A DNA stretch of 64,000 bases, taken from positions 64,001 to 128,000 of the forward strand of contig CAWCRS010000003.1 in NCBI GenBank assembly GCA_963798085.1, given 5' to 3'. Below the pieces are notes generated by a model. That model was not told the origin of the DNA. It searched no databases and saw only the letters and a list, made by a program, of their open reading frames with translations. Origin of the DNA: an uncultured Gemmatimonadales bacterium (lineage in GTDB: Bacteria; Gemmatimonadota; Gemmatimonadetes; Longimicrobiales; RSA9). Position numbers and translations under genes: made by a program. Positions 59,321-64,000 of this stretch are shown here, in pieces; positions within the stretch are counted from its first letter, which is position 1; each line of letters starts with the position of its first letter.

Positions 59321-61297
59321 TCAATTCCCACGCTCGACACGCACGGATGTGATCTTCCAGTCCGTAATTCCCGCCGCATTCCCCGCGCCCTCCGCAATCT
59401 CCGCGGTGAAGAGCCGCGGAGACTGGAAGAGGAGACTCACGACAATGAGGAGCCCGACCGTGTCCGTGATCCAGCCGGGAAAGATGAGGAGTACTGCGCC
59501 CACGGTCATGAGCAGTCGCTCCCAGGTCGCGAGCGAGCGGCGGGCATGGCCGATGACCGCTGCGCCCAGACTGATGACGCCGAGCAGTGCGCCCAGCACC
59601 GCGACCACAATGGTGCTCGTGGCCCCCGTGAGCAGCAGCGGCGGGCCGTACACGAACATGAACGGCACAATGAAGCCCGATGACGCCAGCGCCATGGCCG
59701 TGAAACCCGTCTTCACCGGCGAGGCACCCGCAATGCCGGCCGATGCGTATGCGGCCAGTGCCACCGGGGGCGTGATGTTGGATATGCAGCCGAAGTAGAA
59801 GATGAAGAGGTGCGCGGCCAGCAGGGGTGCGCCCAGCTGCACCAGTGCGGGCGCACCCAGCGCCGCCAGCACGACGTAGGCGGCCGTCGTCGGCATGCCC
59901 ATGCCCAGCACCAGTGAGCCCAGCGCCGTGAGAATGAGCGCCCCGAACAGGTGTCCGCCGGACAGCGTGATGATCAGCTCGGACATGCGCAGCCCGATGC
60001 CCGTGAGCGAGGCCACGCCTACCACGATGCCGGCCGTGGCGCACGCGGCCGCCACCTGCACCGTCCCCGCACCGCCTGCTATGACCGCGTTAGCCAGCGC
60101 GTGCCGGCTCAGCCGGGTCTGCCGGCGCAGCAGCGACAGCGCCACGGTGCTGACCACCGCCCAGAACGCCGCGCGCATGGGCGAACGGCCCTCGCTCAGC
60201 AGTACCACGATCACCAGCAGGGGCAGCAGCAGGTGCAGGCGAGGCAGCACGCTCTCGCCCCGCAACGACTCGCCGCGTGGCAGCTGCATGCGCACCGCAC
60301 GGAAATGGATGGCCGCCAGCAGCGCGACGTAGAAGAGCAGCGCGGGCACCAGTGCGGCCAGCGCGACGCGTGCATAGGGGATCCCCGTCCACGTGGCCAG
60401 GATGAACGCGCCGGCGCCCATGACCGGCGGCATGATCTGGCCGCCCGTGCTCGCCACCGCTTCGATGGCCGCCGCAAAGTACGCGCGGAATCCCGCGCGC
60501 TTCATGAGTGGAATCGTGAACGTGCCGACGGTCACGACATTGGCCACGGCGCTGCCCGAGATCGAGCCCATCAGCGCGCTCGCCACGGTCGCAGTCATTG
60601 CGGGTGCGCCGCGCAGCCGACCCGCGACACGCGCTGCCAGTGCAATGAGCAGGGCGCCGCCGCCACTGGCCTCGAGCAGTGCGCCGAACAGCACGAACAG
60701 GTACACGAAATCCGCCGACACGCCGAGCGGAATGCCCCAGATGCCTTCGCTCGTCAGATACAGGTGCTCGATGAGCCGGCGCGGACCGTAGCCGCGGTGC
60801 GCCAGCATGCCGGGCAGGTGCGGGCCGGCCCACGCGTACAGCAGCGCCAGCAGCGCGACCACCACGAGGCCCCATCCCGTCGTGCGTCGCGTCAGCTCCA
60901 GCACCACGAGCAGCGCCAGCGCGCCGGCCACCAGATCGAGCATCGTCGCCTGACCCGAACGCCGTACCAGCGCCTCGTGCTCCACCGCAATGTAGAGGAA
61001 TGCGAACACGGCTGTCAGCACGAGCAGCACGCGCCAGACGCGGTCGGTGCGCTGCCACGCGACGGCAGCCCGAGGCGGCGTCGTCGCCTGCAATGACGTG
61101 CCCGACGATGGCACCGGCGCTTCCGATTGCATTCCCGGACTGAGGCCCAGAAAGCCCAGCAGCGTCATGAGCAGCAGGTGCACGGGACGCTGCACCATGG
61201 CGGTGAACGGCTCGACACCCGCCGCCCACAGGTGGAACCCGGCGGCCGCGCCCGCCACCCCCAGGATGGCGAGGCGATGGGACTGCTGGCGCGTCAC
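59321..61297 (-). CDS. TRAP transporter fused 4TM/12TM permease (TAXI-type)
   Basis: EGIWGIP, SGSAVANV, ASTGGQIMPPVMGA, GMGMPTTAAY, ITPPVALA. Confidence 0.94.
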   Translation of the reverse strand: MTRQQSHRLAILGVAGAAAGFHLWAAGVEPFTAMVQRPVHLLLMTLLGFLGLSPGMQSEAPVPSSGTSLQATTPPRAAVAWQRTDRVWRVLLVLTAVFAFLYIAVEHEALVRRSGQATMLDLVAGALALLVVLELTRRTTGWGLVVVALLALLYAWAGPHLPGMLAHRGYGPRRLIEHLYLTSEGIWGIPLGVSADFVYLFVLFGALLEASGGGALLIALAARVAGRLRGAPAMTATVASALMGSISGSAVANVVTVGTFTIPLMKRAGFRAYFAAAIEAVASTGGQIMPPVMGAGAFILATWTGIPYARVALAALVPALLFYVALLAAIHFRAVRMQLPRGESLRGESVLPRLHLLLPLLVIVVLLSEGRSPMRAAFWAVVSTVALSLLRRQTRLSRHALANAVIAGGAGTVQVAAACATAGIVVGVASLTGIGLRMSELIITLSGGHLFGALILTALGSLVLGMGMPTTAAYVVLAALGAPALVQLGAPLLAAHLFIFYFGCISNITPPVALAAYASAGIAGASPVKTGFTAMALASSGFIVPFMFVYGPPLLLTGATSTIVVAVLGALLGVISLGAAVIGHARRSLATWERLLMTVGAVLLIFPGWITDTVGLLIVVSLLFQSPRLFTAEIAEGAGNAAGITDWKITSVRVERGN

Positions 61298-62223
61298 GGG
61301 TGCGGCCCGCCGCCGCGCGCGGGATTCAGCAGCAGCGGCATGCCGTTCTGCGTGGGCGCGATCACCAGCGTTCCCTGCGGCAGGTTCTGCAGTGCCTCAA
61401 TGTAGCGCAGCATCAGATAACGATCTGTCAGGTCCACGTTGATGATCTTCTGCGCCTCCGCAATGCCCTTCGCCTCCTCGATCTTCTGCTTCGCCTTCTC
61501 CTGGATGATCTCCGTCTGGAAGCGCTCCGACGACACCTGCTGCTCCCGCGCCAGCTTCGCTTCGATCGCGTCCTTCACCGTGGGCGGCGCCTGGATGTCG
61601 CGCACGAAGACATCCAGCACTGTGATGCGGTCGCCCGCCTTGGCCTGGATCGCTTCCTTCATGGCCACGGCCACATCACGGCGGTTGGGCGAGAATACTT
61701 CGTTGATCGACTTGGTCGCGATCGCATCACGCACTCCGTTGCGCACCGCGTTCAGCACGATGCGGTTCTTGATCTGCGCTTCGCTGCCCAAGCGCTGGTA
61801 CAGCTCCGGCGCGCGCGCGCCATCAATGCGATAGAGAATGGAAACCTCGAGCGTGACCGTGAGCTGCTCGCTGGTCTGTGCATCCATCCGCTCGATGCCG
61901 CCGTCGATCGGGAAGTTCTGCTCGCGGATCGACATCTTCTCGATGCTCGCCATGGGATTCACGAAGTGCACGCCCTGATCCAGCACGGCGGGATCGACGC
62001 GTCCCAGGAAGTGCTTCACGCCCACCTCACCCACATCGATGAGCGTGACGCCCGAGGTGAGCAGCAGGAAGGCACCCAGGATCATCACGAAAGTCCCCGC
62101 GAGGCGTACGGCGGCAGGCGAATGGCGGGTGCGCTTCGCGCTGGTGTCTGCCGTGGCGCGGCCCAGCAGTCGCACAGCGGTTCCGACCAGGAGCATCATG
62201 ATGCCCAGCAGCACTTCACCCAT
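61294..62223 (-). CDS. SPFH/prohibitin-family membrane protein
   Basis: Two N-terminal TMs; GEVGV...G.V, G.HFVNP, VRDI..P..V..AIEAK, EAKGIAEAQ. Confidence 0.9.
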   Translation of the reverse strand: MGEVLLGIMMLLVGTAVRLLGRATADTSAKRTRHSPAAVRLAGTFVMILGAFLLLTSGVTLIDVGEVGVKHFLGRVDPAVLDQGVHFVNPMASIEKMSIREQNFPIDGGIERMDAQTSEQLTVTLEVSILYRIDGARAPELYQRLGSEAQIKNRIVLNAVRNGVRDAIATKSINEVFSPNRRDVAVAMKEAIQAKAGDRITVLDVFVRDIQAPPTVKDAIEAKLAREQQVSSERFQTEIIQEKAKQKIEEAKGIAEAQKIINVDLTDRYLMLRYIEALQNLPQGTLVIAPTQNGMPLLLNPARGGGPHP

Positions 62224-62407
62224 TACCCCCTCCTTGCAGTGCGCGCGAGCGCGCGGGGAGAATGCGGGACAAGCTACTCGCCCCGCCCCATGCCGGTCCA
62301 ACCCGATCGCGCTTGTCTCCCATATTGCCGGCGTCGAGACTGATGCCATGCTCGACACCTGTGGGCGAGAGTCTCGCCGCCCCGAGCCGGGGCGCGGGCG
62401 TCCGGCC

Positions 62408-63292
62408 ATGCTCCCGTGTACGCTCGCCGTTGCCAGCCTGATCGTGACGCTGCTCGCGTGTGGTGCAGGCGACGCACCGCCCGCCGCGTCTTCGGCGTTG
62501 CCTCCAACCCGCGGCTCGGCCGGCGCAGCAACCGCGACAGCTTCGTCCACACCAGCGGCGCCCGCCGCCGCTCTCGACAGTCTGCCGCCGGGCGCGCTGG
62601 TCGAGCAGATGCTGACGTTCGATTATCCGCCGGGCGACACCGCGCTGGACTGCGTGCCGCTCGATCCGGTGTTGCCCGTGAACCCCAACGATGTCAACGC
62701 GAAGCTGCGGGATGGCGAGCGCTGGCGCTGCTCCCTCGCCGCGGGCGAGGACGTGACCATCGTCCTCGCCGTCGATTCCATGGAGGGCGGGCTCACCTAC
62801 ATCAAGGACCTGCGCGCGCTGTACGCCGACGGCTCCACGCAGGACCTCGGCGGAGCAGGCGCCGAACCGCCGCCCCGCGGCGAAGCGTTTCTGCATACGA
62901 TCGACCTGGACTTCGACGGCACGCGCGAGCTGGGCCTGCTGGAGTGGTGGGGCGCCACAGGCAACGAGGGCTGGCAGTACTGGCGCTGGCAGTCGGCGAC
63001 GCACCGGCTGGTGGACGACACCGTGCTGACGAACCTCGGCAACCCCGAACCGCTCGCCGGCACGCACTGTCTGCGCACCCACGGTGTGGGCGGCATGGCA
63101 GGTATGATCCACAGCATGGAAGTGGGGTGCTGGCAGGGCGGCCGGCTGGTGACCGTCGGAGCGGAGAACCAGAGCTGGAACGACACGATCCACGCGTTTC
63201 TGCGTTACCTCAGCACGCGCCGTCCGGGTGCCGGCGCACTGACCCTCCTGCGCATTGACACGGTCCGCGACTCACTCTGGAAGCAGCCGTAG
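62408..63292 (+). CDS. Hypothetical lipoprotein with DxDFDG motif
   Basis: Lipobox LLAC; Ala/Pro linker; IDLDFDG..ELG....GATGN..WQYW. Confidence 0.7.
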   Translation: MLPCTLAVASLIVTLLACGAGDAPPAASSALPPTRGSAGAATATASSTPAAPAAALDSLPPGALVEQMLTFDYPPGDTALDCVPLDPVLPVNPNDVNAKLRDGERWRCSLAAGEDVTIVLAVDSMEGGLTYIKDLRALYADGSTQDLGGAGAEPPPRGEAFLHTIDLDFDGTRELGLLEWWGATGNEGWQYWRWQSATHRLVDDTVLTNLGNPEPLAGTHCLRTHGVGGMAGMIHSMEVGCWQGGRLVTVGAENQSWNDTIHAFLRYLSTRRPGAGALTLLRIDTVRDSLWKQP

Positions 63293-63301
63293 GCCCCGAC
63301 G

Positions 63302-63549
63302 TCCGGACCGTCCTGGCGTTCGTCTTTGGACCCGGACCGTCTTGGCGTTGTTGGGTTTGGCCAATGCAGACATTGCCGCGGCAGCGAGGTCGGCCGGATC
63401 TACCACGCTGTTGCTCCTGGCCGCCATGGAGTCCTGGCGTCTGACGGTTAGAATGGCGTGTAGCGCAGCACCAGGACGGTAGTGTGCCCCGGCGTCGCCT
63501 CCGGGGATAGCTGAATGTGGCCTAAGGAAAGAACGCCAAGACGGTCCGG
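63302..63549. mobile_element. Family A element copy 3
   Basis: Two left-end copies (CCGGACCGTCCTGGCGTT at 63303, CCGGACCGTCTTGGCGTTGTTGGGTTTG at 63332) and right end AAGGAAAGAACGCCAAGACGGTCCGG at 63524-63549. Confidence 0.7.
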
Positions 63550-63672
63550 CGTGCCCGCCACCCCCCACCCCCCTATATTCCCGCACCTCGGCCGCAAGGC
63601 AACGACGCGGGCGCCGCCGCCTCCCGGCGCGCTCCCGCCGCCTCTGCCCACTCACCTGCACGGGGGCCCCCC

Positions 63673-64000
63673 ATGTCTTCCAACCGTGTGTTAGGCATCA
63701 GTCTGCCACTGCTGCCCTTCGCGTTCCTGCTGGCCTCCGCACGGCCCGCAGGACCACCACCCACCGCCAGGGCCGCGGATCCCATCCACTTCATGCGCGA
63801 TCCGCAGTTCTACGGCGGCACCATCGCCTTCTCCTACCAGGGCGATCTCTGGCTGGTGAACGCCGACGGCAGCAATCCCCGCCGGCTCACCGCCAACCCC
63901 GCACACGATGTGACGCCACGCTTCTCGCCCGATGGCAAGTGGATCGCATTCTCCAGCGATCGCCAGGGCAACATGGACGTCTACGTGATGCCCGCCGCCG
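63673..64000 (+). CDS. Tricorn-like S41 protease N-terminus (PD40 repeats), partial
   Basis: Read by hand: MSSNRVLGISLPLL...FMRDP...IAFSYQGDLW...RRLT...PRFSPDGKWIAFSSDRQGNMDVYVMP. Confidence 0.85.
   Translation, partial: MSSNRVLGISLPLLPFAFLLASARPAGPPPTARAADPIHFMRDPQFYGGTIAFSYQGDLWLVNADGSNPRRLTANPAHDVTPRFSPDGKWIAFSSDRQGNMDVYVMPAA

Noticed and set aside
1..64000. tRNA, rRNA, riboswitch, prophage or defence genes
   Set aside because: No recognisable signatures by eye; a covariance-model scan was not possible.

Overview
GC-rich bacterial chromosome segment. The gene set (ADOP permeases with PadR, ECF sigma/FecR/TonB receptor, PCYCGC, DUF2911, an M28 peptidase with a Gly/Arg insert) points to Gemmatimonadota; this is inference. 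There are about 48 coding regions for transport, redox/thiol metabolism (DsbA, DsbD-TlpA, Sod, KorAB with a GltD-like partner), sugar use (xylB with an ABC importer, GH3, GH29, TAXI-TRAP), argJ, infA, a hybrid histidine kinase and a tricorn-type protease cut by the right edge. No rRNA, tRNA, CRISPR-Cas, integrase or intact transposase was seen. The least explained signal is non-coding. (1) An element with conserved asymmetric ends around a GCCAAGACGGTCC core occurs three times. One copy has an end amplified into a 31-bp array, and two copies bracket a two-gene insert that splits the GltD-like gene from korAB. (2) A 64-bp hairpin tandem array follows korB. (3) A GGGCTG-rich repeat family builds an ~800-bp palindrome. 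(4) A CACCGC(A/G)GAG repeat family has invaded the 3' ends of two genes. Three loci are frameshifted (18.8-20.6 kb, 34.5-38.2 kb, 57.03 kb), most likely from sequencing error. All family assignments come from motif recognition, not database searches.
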